Below, piece by piece: positions 54,320-64,000 of a stretch of 64,000 nt of DNA (positions are counted from its first letter, which is position 1; each line of letters opens with the position of its first letter). The DNA lies in assembly GCF_058153355.1 (NCBI RefSeq), contig NZ_CM177019.1; one strand, written 5' to 3'. A program made the position numbers and the translations under genes. The notes below the pieces were generated by a model. It searched no databases, was not told the origin of the DNA, and was given only the letters and a program-made list of their open reading frames with translations.

Positions 54320-57064
54320 GTGAATTTAACCCTGACCCGAAGACTCTGGATGGGCTTTGCCCTGATGGCGCTGTTAACCCTGACCAGTACCCTGGTGGGA
54401 TGGTACAACCTGCGCTTTATCAGCCAGGTGGAAAAAGACAATACTCAGGCATTGATTCCTACCATGAATATGGCGCGCCAGTTGAGCGAAGCCAGCGCCT
54501 GGGAACTTTTCGCCGCCCAGAACCTGACCAGTGCCGATAACGAAAAGATGTGGCAGGCGCAGGGGCGAATGCTCACCGCACAAAGCCTGAAGATTAACGC
54601 GTTGCTGCAAGCGTTACGGGAACAAGGTTTTGATACCACCGCTATTGAACAACAGGAGCAGGAGATCTCCCGTTCGTTACGTCAACAAGGGGAACTGGTG
54701 GGGCAGCGTTTGCAACTGCGCCAGCAACAACAGCAACTCAGCCAGCAGATAGTCGCTGCTGCCGATGAGATCGCACGCCTGGCGCAAGGTCAGGCGAATA
54801 ATGCGGCGACCTCTGCCGGAGCGACCCAGGCCGGGATTTACGATTTGATCGAACAACATCAGCGTCAGGCCGCAGAAAACGCACTTGATCGGCTGATTGA
54901 TATCGATCTTGAGTACGTTAACCAGATGAATGAACTGCGCCTTAGCGCCCTGCGGGTGCAGCAAATGGTGATGAATCTGGGGCTGGAACAGATCCAGAAA
55001 AATGCGCCAACGCTGGAAAAGCAACTCAATAATGCGGTTAAAATTCTGCAACGTCGGCAAATACGCATTGAAGATCCCGGTGTTCGTGCACAGGTCGCGA
55101 CAACGTTAACTACCGTTAGCCAATATAGCGATTTGCTGGCGCTGTATCAGCAGGACAGTGAAATCAGCAATCACCTGCAAACTCTCGCCCAAAATAACAT
55201 CGCCCAGTTCGCACAGTTTAGTAGCGAAGTCAGTCAACTGGTCGACACCATTGAGCTGCGCAATCAGCACGGGCTGGCACATCTGGAAAAAGCCAGTGCA
55301 CGCGGGCAATACAGCCTGTTATTGCTGGGAATAGTTTCTCTTTGCGCATTGATTCTGATCCTCTGGCGCGTGGTTTATCGTTCAGTCACGCGTCCACTTG
55401 CCGAACAAACGCAGGCGCTGCAACGACTGCTGGACGGTGATATCGACTCCCCTTTTCCGGAAACCGCTGGCGTGCGGGAGCTGGACACCATCGGGCGGCT
55501 GATGGATGCGTTTCGCAGCAGTGTTCATGCGCTTAATCGCCACCGCGAACAGCTGGCGGCGCAGGTAAAAGCGCGCACAGCCGAATTGCAGGAATTGGTG
55601 GTCGAACATCGACAGGCACGGGCGGAAGCAGAAAAAGCCAGCCAGGCAAAATCGGCGTTTCTGGCGGCAATGAGCCATGAGATCCGCACACCGCTGTACG
55701 GTATTCTCGGCACCGCGCAACTGCTGGCAGATAACCCCGCACTTAATGCCCAGCGTGATGATTTGCGGGCAATTACTGACTCTGGTGAATCGTTGCTGAC
55801 CATCCTCAACGATATTCTCGATTATTCGGCTATCGAAGCAGGCGGCAAGAATGTTTCGGTCAGCGATGAACCCTTTGAACCGCGCCCGTTGCTGGAAAGT
55901 ACCCTGCAATTAATGAGCGGACGGGTGAAAGGTCGCCCGATTCGCCTGGCAACTGAAATTGCCGACGATGTACCGACTGCGTTAATGGGCGATCCGCGGC
56001 GTATTCGTCAGGTCATTACCAACCTGTTGAGCAACGCCCTGCGTTTCACCGACGAAGGGCACATTATCCTGCGTAGTCGCACTGATGGCGAGCTGTGGCT
56101 GGTCGAAGTGGAAGACAGCGGCTGCGGTATTGATCCCGAGAAACTGGCTGAAATCTTCCAGCCATTTGTTCAGGTTAGCGGCAAACGCGGCGGCACCGGG
56201 CTGGGGCTGACTATCAGTAGCCGTCTGGCCCAGGCGATGAGCGGCGAACTGAGCGCCACCAGCACGCCGGAGGTTGGAAGCTGTTTTTGTTTACGCTTGC
56301 CGTTACGTGTTGCCACTGCACCCGTGCCAAAAACAGTCAATCAGGCGGTGCATCTGGACGGTTTACGTTTGCTGTTAATTGAAGATAACCCGCTAACCCA
56401 GCGAATTACCGTTGAGATGCTGAACAACAGTGGTGCGCAGGTCGTTGCTGTTGGCAATGCCGCGCACGCGATAGAGACGTTGCAAAATAGCGAACCGTTT
56501 GCTGCCGCACTGGTGGATTTTGATCTGCCGGATATCGACGGTATTACCCTTGCCCGACAACTGGTACAGCAATATCCGTCGCTGGTTTTGATTGGCTTTA
56601 GCGCTCATGTCATCGACGAAACGTTGCGCCAGCGTACCAGTTCATTATTTCGCGGGATTATCCCTAAACCGGTGCCGCGTGAAGTGCTCGGTCAGTTACT
56701 GGCGCACTATCTCCAACTGCAAGTCAATAACGATCAACCGTTGGATGTATCGCAACTCAATGAAGATGCGCAGTTGATGGGGACGGAGAAGATCCACGAA
56801 TGGCTGACATTATTTAAACAACATGCCCTGCCGCTTCTCGATGACATCGACATTGCCCGCGCCAGTCAGGAAAGCGAGAAAATAAAGCGTGCCGCACATC
56901 AGCTAAAAAGCAGTTGCTCGAGTCTGGGAATGCGTAGCGCCAGCCAGCTATGCGCACAACTGGAGCAGCAGCCATTATCTGCCCCCCTTCCACACGAAGA
57001 AATTACACGCAGTGTTGCCGCTCTGGAAGCATGGTTGAATAAGAAAGACCTGAACGCGATTTGA
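54320..57064 (+). CDS. torS: hybrid sensor kinase TorS (about 914 aa, probable GTG start)
   Basis: ORF 54113..57064; sequence from [13 protein letters not shown]; HisKA/HATPase, receiver and HPt segments. Confidence 0.85.
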   Translation: MNLTLTRRLWMGFALMALLTLTSTLVGWYNLRFISQVEKDNTQALIPTMNMARQLSEASAWELFAAQNLTSADNEKMWQAQGRMLTAQSLKINALLQALREQGFDTTAIEQQEQEISRSLRQQGELVGQRLQLRQQQQQLSQQIVAAADEIARLAQGQANNAATSAGATQAGIYDLIEQHQRQAAENALDRLIDIDLEYVNQMNELRLSALRVQQMVMNLGLEQIQKNAPTLEKQLNNAVKILQRRQIRIEDPGVRAQVATTLTTVSQYSDLLALYQQDSEISNHLQTLAQNNIAQFAQFSSEVSQLVDTIELRNQHGLAHLEKASARGQYSLLLLGIVSLCALILILWRVVYRSVTRPLAEQTQALQRLLDGDIDSPFPETAGVRELDTIGRLMDAFRSSVHALNRHREQLAAQVKARTAELQELVVEHRQARAEAEKASQAKSAFLAAMSHEIRTPLYGILGTAQLLADNPALNAQRDDLRAITDSGESLLTILNDILDYSAIEAGGKNVSVSDEPFEPRPLLESTLQLMSGRVKGRPIRLATEIADDVPTALMGDPRRIRQVITNLLSNALRFTDEGHIILRSRTDGELWLVEVEDSGCGIDPEKLAEIFQPFVQVSGKRGGTGLGLTISSRLAQAMSGELSATSTPEVGSCFCLRLPLRVATAPVPKTVNQAVHLDGLRLLLIEDNPLTQRITVEMLNNSGAQVVAVGNAAHAIETLQNSEPFAAALVDFDLPDIDGITLARQLVQQYPSLVLIGFSAHVIDETLRQRTSSLFRGIIPKPVPREVLGQLLAHYLQLQVNNDQPLDVSQLNEDAQLMGTEKIHEWLTLFKQHALPLLDDIDIARASQESEKIKRAAHQLKSSCSSLGMRSASQLCAQLEQQPLSAPLPHEEITRSVAALEAWLNKKDLNAI

Positions 57065-57135
57065 ATCAATATCAGCCAGTTAAGAACAACTAGAATAGTG
57101 GCGTTTGGTATGCAACTTAACGGACTGGCAAAATC

Positions 57136-58209
57136 ATGGCAGAGAAAAGAAGAACCCGCTGGCAGCGGCGGCCAGGCACGACGGGCGGCAAATTACCGTG
57201 GAATGACTGGCGCAATGCCACGACCTGGCGTAAAGCGACGCAATTATTACTGTTGGCAATTAATATTTATATTGCCATCACGTTCTGGTATTGGGTGCGC
57301 TATTACGAAACGGCAGGTAGTACGACATTTGTCGCCAGGCCAGGAGGCATCGAAGGCTGGCTACCGATTGCCGGTCTGATGAATCTGAAATATAGCCTTG
57401 CAACAGGCCAGTTACCGTCCGTCCACGCCGCCGCGATGCTGTTATTGGTCGCTTTTATCGTCATCAGTCTATTACTAAAAAAGGCCTTTTGTTCATGGTT
57501 ATGCCCGGTTGGTACGCTTTCTGAATTAATCGGCGATCTCGGTAACAAACTGTTTGGTCGGCAATTTGTCCTTCCCCGCTGTCTGGATATTCCTCTGCGC
57601 GGCGTGAAGTATTTGCTGTTGAGTTTTTTTCTCTATATCGCGTTATTGATGCCCGCTCAGGCTATTCACTATTTTATGTTGTCGCCCTACAGCGTGGTGA
57701 TGGACGTTAAAATGCTCGATTTCTTTCGTCATATGGGGACCGCGACATTAATCAGCGTGACCGTTTTGCTGATTGTCAGTCTGTTTATTCGCCATGCCTG
57801 GTGTCGTTATCTTTGCCCATATGGCGCGCTGATGGGCGTGGTTTCGCTATTGTCGCCGTTTAAGATTCGTCGCAATGCCGAAAGTTGTATCGACTGTGGC
57901 AAATGCGCAAAAAATTGCCCATCGCGGATCCCGGTCGATAAATTAATTCAGGTACGAACCGTGGAATGTACCGGTTGTATGACTTGCGTAGAGTCATGTC
58001 CGGTAGCCTCAACATTGACCTTTTCACTGCAAAAACCTGCGGCAAATAAAAAAGCCTTTGCGTTGTCTGGCTGGTTAATGACGGTACTGGTTCTGGGGAT
58101 TATGTTTGCGGTGATTGGTTACGCAATGTATGCGGGAGTATGGCAAAGCCCGGTGCCGGAGGAATTGTACCGACGCTTAATTCCGCAAGCGCCAATGATT
58201 GGTCACTAA
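57136..58209 (+). CDS. yccM: membrane 4Fe-4S ferredoxin-type protein YccM (357 aa)
   Basis: ORF 57136..58209; CxxCxxC motifs (CIDCGKCAKNCP, CTGCMTCVESCP). Confidence 0.85.
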   Translation: MAEKRRTRWQRRPGTTGGKLPWNDWRNATTWRKATQLLLLAINIYIAITFWYWVRYYETAGSTTFVARPGGIEGWLPIAGLMNLKYSLATGQLPSVHAAAMLLLVAFIVISLLLKKAFCSWLCPVGTLSELIGDLGNKLFGRQFVLPRCLDIPLRGVKYLLLSFFLYIALLMPAQAIHYFMLSPYSVVMDVKMLDFFRHMGTATLISVTVLLIVSLFIRHAWCRYLCPYGALMGVVSLLSPFKIRRNAESCIDCGKCAKNCPSRIPVDKLIQVRTVECTGCMTCVESCPVASTLTFSLQKPAANKKAFALSGWLMTVLVLGIMFAVIGYAMYAGVWQSPVPEELYRRLIPQAPMIGH

Positions 58210-58257
58210 ATTAGCAACAAGCGGAACATCACCTCGCACGGGGTGATGTTCACAAAA

Positions 58258-58431
58258 TCACATTATTTTGATTTTGACATCATAGCTTTCAAGCCCGGTC
58301 ATTTTTTCTCGTGCGGTGAAGCGAATTTCAGAGACTTCTTTCCCTGTATTCTTGTTCAGCTCGGCGATTTTTTGCGCGATAAAGTCAGCGATTTCCGTTT
58401 CGGCTTGTTTTTTTAACTCTTCAATATTCAC
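58258..58431 (-). CDS. gnsA: GnsA-family small protein (57 aa, GTG start), not in ORF track
   Basis: manual translation of the minus strand: (M)NIEELKKQAETEIADFIAQKIAELNKNTGKEVSEIRFTAREKMTGLESYDVKIKIM. Confidence 0.7.
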   Translation of the reverse strand: MNIEELKKQAETEIADFIAQKIAELNKNTGKEVSEIRFTAREKMTGLESYDVKIKIM

Positions 58432-58651
58432 TGTTAACCTCTTCTGGTCTTAAAAGACAGCAACACGCCAGTAAGGTGTTGGTTCCCGGTACCCTGGTCA
58501 GGTAAGAAATGTTATAAGCCATCTCCCCTAAAGATTCAATAATCAACAGGTTATCGCTTACTATACATACAGCGTTGAAGAAAAATAAGGCAGATATAAA
58601 AAAGGCTCCACGAGGGAGCCTGATCTTATTTTGTGAAATCCAGCGGCGCAT
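58421..58651 (-). CDS. ymcE: small membrane protein YmcE (76 aa from Met MRRWISQNK)
   Basis: ORF 58421..58684; position between cspG and gnsA. Confidence 0.5.
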   Translation of the reverse strand: MRRWISQNKIRLPRGAFFISALFFFNAVCIVSDNLLIIESLGEMAYNISYLTRVPGTNTLLACCCLLRPEEVNSEY

Positions 58652-58824
58652 GGTCAGTGCGTATTTGCAGCGCGACGTTATCAAAGGTGATCATCGTCGA
58701 TTTACAAAAAATACACTTTGCCCCTAAAGGATTTCGCTCCGTCACATCGAATGCCGATGTGCGGTACTGTGAACCATGACAACATGGACAGCGGAAATGG
58801 AGATGTTGAGTAATAACGGCAACC

Positions 58825-59037
58825 TTAGAGCGTAACAACGTTCGCTGCCGCGGGACCACGTTGCCCCTGCTCAATAGAAAATTCAACTTTCTGATTTTCG
58901 TTCAGCGTGCGGAATTCATTGCTCTGGATGGCGGTGAAATGGACGAAAACGTCTTTGCTGCCATCATCAGGAGTGATAAAGCCAAAACCTTTATCTGCGT
59001 TAAACCATTTTACTAAACCAGTCATTTTATTAGACAT
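58825..59037 (-). CDS. cspG: cold-shock protein CspG (70 aa)
   Basis: ORF 58825..59037; CSD with [15 protein letters not shown] motif. Confidence 0.9.
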   Translation of the reverse strand: MSNKMTGLVKWFNADKGFGFITPDDGSKDVFVHFTAIQSNEFRTLNENQKVEFSIEQGQRGPAAANVVTL

Positions 59038-59322
59038 ATTTTACTTCCTTCATTTTGGGCCTTTCGGCAAACAGGGCTTTAATACAGAAACTACTTAGTG
59101 TTCAGGAGAGAGACTCAAAAGAAGGGGATAATGCCTGATAATGAGAACTGCTTTAGTAAACTACTTTGTATGCTGTCTGTCTTTCAAACCGACGCAGCTA
59201 TTAACGCATGATAATTGAGATTAAGCAATTTTTATTTTAGCCGTCCGGCGGTCTTAAATATCGCTGGCTTTATTTTATTAACCCCGTATAGTGCAGCGCA
59301 GTATTTTCAGTAAGGAATTTGT

Positions 59323-59535
59323 TTGTCCCGTAAAATGACAGGAATTGTCAAAACCTTTGATCGCAAAAGCGGCAAAGGATTCATTATCCCCTCCGACGGT
59401 CGTAAAGAAGTCCAGGTCCATATTTCCGCATTCACTCCCCGCGACGCAGAAGTGCTTATACCAGGATTACGCGTGGAATTTTGCCGCGTAAATGGCCTGC
59501 GAGGACCAACAGCGGCAAATGTTTATCTCTCTTAA
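59323..59535 (+). CDS. cspH: cold-shock-like protein CspH (70 aa)
   Basis: ORF 59323..59535; divergent CSD. Confidence 0.85.
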
Positions 59536-59544
59536 GATGACGCA

Positions 59545-59575
59545 GCTTGTTTAAAGCTGGCTGTTTTTATTAAAA
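59545..59575 (+). terminator. hairpin + T-run downstream of cspH
   Basis: cagcttgtttaaagctg followed by tttttatt. Confidence 0.55.
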
Positions 59576-59976
59576 AAGCTCAATAGTCAACATCGCACAT
59601 TATAACAAAAGTTACTTTCACCCCAGAAAACAAATCCATTTGGCCGAATATCTCTGCACCTAATAGTTATAAATGCTACTTAACAGTCAATCATAGTACC
59701 GTTTGAAACTATATCACCAACAATAGTTAATAGCTTTCTTAACAATTTTCTTATCTTTAATTTGTATTTTGCTAAGATTTATCTTATGCTCACAAGTCGT
59801 ATTTCCAGAGGGAAATCGTTAACAATCTTATATTTCTCTCTGCGCACCTTTCCCACTCGCGGTATATAGTACCGACAGTATGCGGAAAGGGAGATTTCAC
59901 AAGGATGTTATACTCAAAGTAGACAATCCTGATCTCAAGCGTACGTATTGTCCATGCGATGAATAAAGGAAAAGTT

Positions 59977-60303
59977 ATGAAACACAAGCTTTCTGCAATC
60001 CTTATGGCCTTCATGTTGACGACGCCAGCTGCGTTTGCTGCACCAGAATCAGCAAACGGGACCGAGGCAACGACGGGTACTACTGGCACCACAACGACCA
60101 CTACTGGCACCACAACGACCACTACTGGTGCCACTACGACTGCTGCTACCACCGGTGGCGTAGCTGCTGGCGCTGTCGGCACAGCGACGGTTGTCGGTGT
60201 GGCAACGGCTGTTGGTGTGGCGACTTTGGCAGTAGTTGCAGCAAATGACAGTGGCGATGGCGGTTCTCATAACACCTCAACCACCACGTCCACTACGCGC
60301 TAA
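59977..60303 (+). CDS. gfcA: threonine-rich small membrane protein GfcA/YmcD (start approximate)
   Basis: ORF 59959..60303; signal/TM segment then Thr/Gly-rich low-complexity tract. Confidence 0.8.
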   Translation: MKHKLSAILMAFMLTTPAAFAAPESANGTEATTGTTGTTTTTTGTTTTTTGATTTAATTGGVAAGAVGTATVVGVATAVGVATLAVVAANDSGDGGSHNTSTTTSTTR

Positions 60304-60409
60304 TACTGCTTTAACGCGTCAAAATTAAAGTTAAATGATACCCGGTTGCGATATTCGTACCGGGCTTTAGAGATTTGCATTTTTTTAATTAACCTTTCAA
60401 GGATTAAAG

Positions 60410-61054
60410 GTGCGCCCTCTTATTTTATCGATTTTCGCACTATTTCTTGCGGGATGTACGCACAGCCAGCAAAGTATGGTCGATACATTTCGCTCCAGCC
60501 TTTTCGATAATCAGGATATCACCGTAGCGGATCAGCAGATCCAGGCGTTGCCTTATTCCACGATGTATTTACGCCTTAATGAAGGGCAACGAATCTTTGT
60601 GGTACTGGGATATATAGAACAAGAACAAAGCAAATGGTTATCCCAGGATAACGCCATGCTGGTTACCCACAATGGACGTCTTTTAAAAACCGTCAAACTT
60701 AATAATAATCTGCTGGAAGTGACAAATTCCGGGCAGGACCCTCTGCGTAACGCGCTGGCAATAAAAGACGGCAGCCGCTGGACGCGCGATATTCTCTGGA
60801 GTGAAGACAATCATTTTCGCTCTGCGACCCTGAGTTCCACTTTTTCCTTTGCTGGATTAGAGACGCTGAATATTGCGGGTCGCGATGTGCTGTGTAATGT
60901 CTGGCAGGAAGAGGTGACTTCCACGCTGCCAGAAAAACAGTGGCAAAACACATTCTGGGTCGATTCGGCTACTGGCCAGGTTCGTCAAAGTCGGCAAATG
61001 TTAGGCGCAGGGGTTATTCCCGTAGAAATGACGTTTCTTAAACCCGCACCATGA
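60410..61054 (+). CDS. gfcB: group 4 capsule lipoprotein GfcB/YmcC (214 aa)
   Basis: ORF 60410..61054; lipobox LAGC. Confidence 0.85.
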   Translation: MRPLILSIFALFLAGCTHSQQSMVDTFRSSLFDNQDITVADQQIQALPYSTMYLRLNEGQRIFVVLGYIEQEQSKWLSQDNAMLVTHNGRLLKTVKLNNNLLEVTNSGQDPLRNALAIKDGSRWTRDILWSEDNHFRSATLSSTFSFAGLETLNIAGRDVLCNVWQEEVTSTLPEKQWQNTFWVDSATGQVRQSRQMLGAGVIPVEMTFLKPAP

Positions 61055-61797
61055 ATAAATTACAGTCGTATTTCATTGCCAGCGTACTTTACGTAATGAC
61101 ACCCCATGCCTTTGCGCAAGGAACGGTGACTATTTATCTGCCTGGCGAACAACAGCCCCTTTCCGTTGGCCCCGTGGAGAATGTTGTCCAGTTGGTGACA
61201 CAACCGCAACTGCGCGATCGCCTCTGGTGGCCTGGAGTCTTGCTGACCGACTCCGCGGCGAAAGCTAAAGCGCTTAAAGACTACCAACATGTCATGGCAC
61301 AGCTTGCTTCCTGGGAAGCAGAAGCTGACGACGATGTGGCGGCAACGATTAAATCCGTGCGCCAGCAGTTACTCAATCTCAATATCACTGGTCGCTTACC
61401 GGTCAAACTGGACCCTGATTTTGTACGAATGGATGAGAACAGCAATCCCCCGCTGGTCGGGGACTATACGCTCTATACCGTACAGCGCCCAGTGACTATT
61501 ACTCTGCTGGGTGCGGTTTCTGGGGCTGGGCAATTGCCCTGGCAGGCAGGCCGTAGCGTTACCGATTATCTGCAAGATACCCCCCGTCTTGCAGGCGCGG
61601 ACAAGAATAACGTTATGGTGATTACGCCTGAGGGTGAGACTGTCGTCGCCCCTGTTGCCCTGTGGAATAAAAGACATGTGGAACCACCGCCTGGCAGCCA
61701 GCTTTGGTTGGGCTTTTCTGCGCATGTACTGCCCGAAAAATATGCTGATTTAAATGACCAGATTGTGTCTGTTTTAACGCAACGTGTTCCTGACTGA
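61051..61797 (+). CDS. gfcC: group 4 capsule protein GfcC/YmcB (248 aa)
   Basis: ORF 61051..61797; 4-bp overlap with gfcB. Confidence 0.85.
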   Translation: MNKLQSYFIASVLYVMTPHAFAQGTVTIYLPGEQQPLSVGPVENVVQLVTQPQLRDRLWWPGVLLTDSAAKAKALKDYQHVMAQLASWEAEADDDVAATIKSVRQQLLNLNITGRLPVKLDPDFVRMDENSNPPLVGDYTLYTVQRPVTITLLGAVSGAGQLPWQAGRSVTDYLQDTPRLAGADKNNVMVITPEGETVVAPVALWNKRHVEPPPGSQLWLGFSAHVLPEKYADLNDQIVSVLTQRVPD

Positions 61798-63893
61798 TGA
61801 AGAAGAACTCTTATCTTTTAAGCTGCCTGGCCATTGCCGTCTCCAGTGCCTGTCATGCTGAAGTATTAACCTACCCGGATCCGCTGGGTTCGTCGCAATC
61901 AGACTTTGGCGGCACAGGATTGTTGCAGATGCCAAATGCGCGCATCGCACCGGAAGGTGAATTCAGCGTCAACTACCGGGATAACGATCAATACCGTTTC
62001 TACTCCACGTCCGTGGCGCTGTTCCCATGGCTGGAAGGCACCATTCGTTATACGGATGTGCGCACACGCAAATATAGCCAGTGGGAAGATTTCAGCGGCG
62101 ATCAGTCATACAAAGACAAATCTTTCGATTTTAAACTTCGCCTGTGGGAAGAAGGTTACTGGCTACCGCAAGTGGCGTTTGGTAAACGTGATATTGCTGG
62201 TACGGGTCTGTTTGACGGTGAATATCTGGTGGCCAGCAAGCAAGCGGGGCCATTTGATTTCACCCTCGGGATGGCGTGGGGCTACGCCGGTAATGCGGGC
62301 AATATTACCAACCCGTTTTGCCGGGTGAGCGATAAATATTGTCATCGTGCAGAGTCTCACGATGCGGGAGATATCAGCTTTAGCGATATCTTTCGTGGTC
62401 CGGCGTCCATCTTTGGCGGCATTGAGTATCAAACGCCGTGGAATCCTCTGCGTCTGAAACTCGAATACGACGGCAACAATTACCAGAATGATTTTGCGGG
62501 CAAATTGCCGCAGGCAAGTCATTTCAATTTCGGTGCTGTGTATCGTGCTGCCAGCTGGGCAGATCTTAACCTTAGCTACGAGCGCGGTAACACATTGATG
62601 TTTGGCTTCACATTACGGACCAATTTCAACGATCTGCGCCCTGCCCTGCGCGATACGCCAAAACCGGCATATCAACCTGCGCCGGAATCTGAAGGATTGC
62701 AGTACACCACAGTAGCGAACCAACTTACCGCGCTGAAGTACAACGCAGGTTTTGAAGCACCGGAAATTCAGCTGCGCGATAAGACGCTGTATATGTCTGG
62801 TCAACAATACAAATACCGTGATTCTCGCGAAGCGGTCGATCGTGCCAACCGGATTCTGGTGAATAACCTGCCGCAAGGCGTTGAGAAGATTAGCGTGACG
62901 CAAAAGCGCGAGCATATGACGATGGTGACTACCGAAACCGACGTAGCCAGCCTGCGCAAACAGCTGGCCGGTACAGCGCCAGGTCAATCAGAGCCACTGC
63001 AACAACAACGTGTTGAAGCTGAAGATCTTTCTGCCTTTGGTCGGGGCTACCGTATTCGTGAAGATCGCTTTAGCTACTCTTTCAACCCAACACTTTCACA
63101 GTCGCTGGGCGGCCCGGAAGATTTCTATATGTTCCAGTTGGGGCTGATGTCCAGCGCCCGCTACTGGTTTACCGATCACCTGCTGCTTGATGGCGGTATT
63201 TTCACCAATATTTACAACAACTACGACAAGTTTAAGTCTTCGCTGTTACCCGCGGACTCTACCCTCCCCCGCGTGCGCACGCATATCCGTGACTACGTTC
63301 GCAATGACGTTTATCTCAACAACTTGCAGGCGAACTATTTTGCCGACTTAGGCAATGGTTTCTATGGCCAGGTGTATGGCGGTTATCTGGAAACGATGTA
63401 TGCCGGTGTCGGTTCCGAGCTGCTTTATCGCCCGCTAGATGCCAGCTGGGCGCTAGGTGTGGACGTTAACTACGTGAAGCAGCGTGACTGGGACAACATG
63501 ATGCGTTTCACCGATTATTCCACGCCAACAGGTTTCGTGACGGCTTACTGGAATCCGCCGACGCTCAATGGCGTACTGATGAAACTTAGCGTTGGGCAAT
63601 ATCTGGCAAAAGATAAAGGCGCAACGATCGACGTCGCCAAACGCTTTGACAGCGGCGTGGCGGTAGGGGTATGGGCGGCAATCAGTAACGTATCTAAAGA
63701 TGACTACGGCGAAGGCGGCTTTAGTAAAGGTTTTTATATCTCGATTCCGTTCGACTTGATGACCATTGGACCTAACCGCAACCGCGCGGTGGTTTCGTGG
63801 ACACCATTGACGCGTGATGGTGGACAAATGCTGTCACGCAAATACCAGCTCTATCCAATGACGGCAGAGCGAGAAGTACCGGTTGGACAATAA
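61797..63893 (+). CDS. gfcD: outer-membrane protein GfcD/YmcA (698 aa)
   Basis: ORF 61797..63893; signal peptide and lipobox; synteny. Confidence 0.85.
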   Translation: MKKNSYLLSCLAIAVSSACHAEVLTYPDPLGSSQSDFGGTGLLQMPNARIAPEGEFSVNYRDNDQYRFYSTSVALFPWLEGTIRYTDVRTRKYSQWEDFSGDQSYKDKSFDFKLRLWEEGYWLPQVAFGKRDIAGTGLFDGEYLVASKQAGPFDFTLGMAWGYAGNAGNITNPFCRVSDKYCHRAESHDAGDISFSDIFRGPASIFGGIEYQTPWNPLRLKLEYDGNNYQNDFAGKLPQASHFNFGAVYRAASWADLNLSYERGNTLMFGFTLRTNFNDLRPALRDTPKPAYQPAPESEGLQYTTVANQLTALKYNAGFEAPEIQLRDKTLYMSGQQYKYRDSREAVDRANRILVNNLPQGVEKISVTQKREHMTMVTTETDVASLRKQLAGTAPGQSEPLQQQRVEAEDLSAFGRGYRIREDRFSYSFNPTLSQSLGGPEDFYMFQLGLMSSARYWFTDHLLLDGGIFTNIYNNYDKFKSSLLPADSTLPRVRTHIRDYVRNDVYLNNLQANYFADLGNGFYGQVYGGYLETMYAGVGSELLYRPLDASWALGVDVNYVKQRDWDNMMRFTDYSTPTGFVTAYWNPPTLNGVLMKLSVGQYLAKDKGATIDVAKRFDSGVAVGVWAAISNVSKDDYGEGGFSKGFYISIPFDLMTIGPNRNRAVVSWTPLTRDGGQMLSRKYQLYPMTAEREVPVGQ

Positions 63894-63938
63894 CCTGAAG
63901 TAATTCATAACATTACAATGACTGATAAATATAAACCA

Positions 63939-64000
63939 ATGAAAAAGAACATTTTTAAGTTTTCGGTACTGACATTGGCTGTTCTGTCTTTGACAGCATG
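63939..64000 (+). CDS. gfcE: start of Wza-like polysaccharide export lipoprotein GfcE (partial, runs off window)
   Basis: ATG at 63939; MKKNIFKFSVLTLAVLSLTA signal peptide. Confidence 0.6.
   Translation, partial: MKKNIFKFSVLTLAVLSLTA

Noticed and set aside
59790-60182. 130-aa ORF antisense to gfcA (Val/Pro-rich)
   Set aside because: Antisense reading of the Thr/Gly-rich repeat; low complexity, no RBS

Overview
This window is an Escherichia coli-type chromosomal segment, colinear (in inverted orientation) with the K-12 yceJ-to-gfcE region as I recall it. All gene names and protein lengths below are assigned from reading the translations and from remembered synteny; no database search was run. 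Gene content in order: yceJ, yceI, trhO(yceA), lpxL, mdtG, msyB, yceK, [IS4], opgH-opgG, opgC, clsC, ymdB, ymdA, curli csgCAB / csgDEFG, ycdZ, ycdY, ycdX, ghrA, tRNA-Ser serX, [tandem repeats + orphan gene], phoH, efeBOU, putP / putA, rutR / rutABCDEFG, ymdF, wrbA, yccJ, agp, yccE, cbpA-cbpM, torDAC / torR / torT / torS, yccM, gnsA, ymcE, cspG, cspH, gfcABCD and the start of gfcE. Most of the window is ordinary core genome. The accessory signal is concentrated at 23016-24760, between serX and phoH: three ~180-bp tandem repeats each starting with a copy of the tRNA-Ser 3' end, abutting an orphan gene for a membrane-anchored protein with a putative DUF2726 / PD-(D/E)xK nuclease-like C-terminal domain, where K-12 carries pgaABCD-dgcT-IS3-ymdE-ycdU. 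This is the best candidate for an undescribed system. Other strain-specific features are a complete IS4 (1426 bp, 13-bp target duplication) inserted into a palindrome just upstream of yceK, an apparently intact efeU, a gfc upstream region without an IS, and a possible frame discontinuity at the phoH 5' end. No CRISPR array, rRNA or prophage structural genes were seen.
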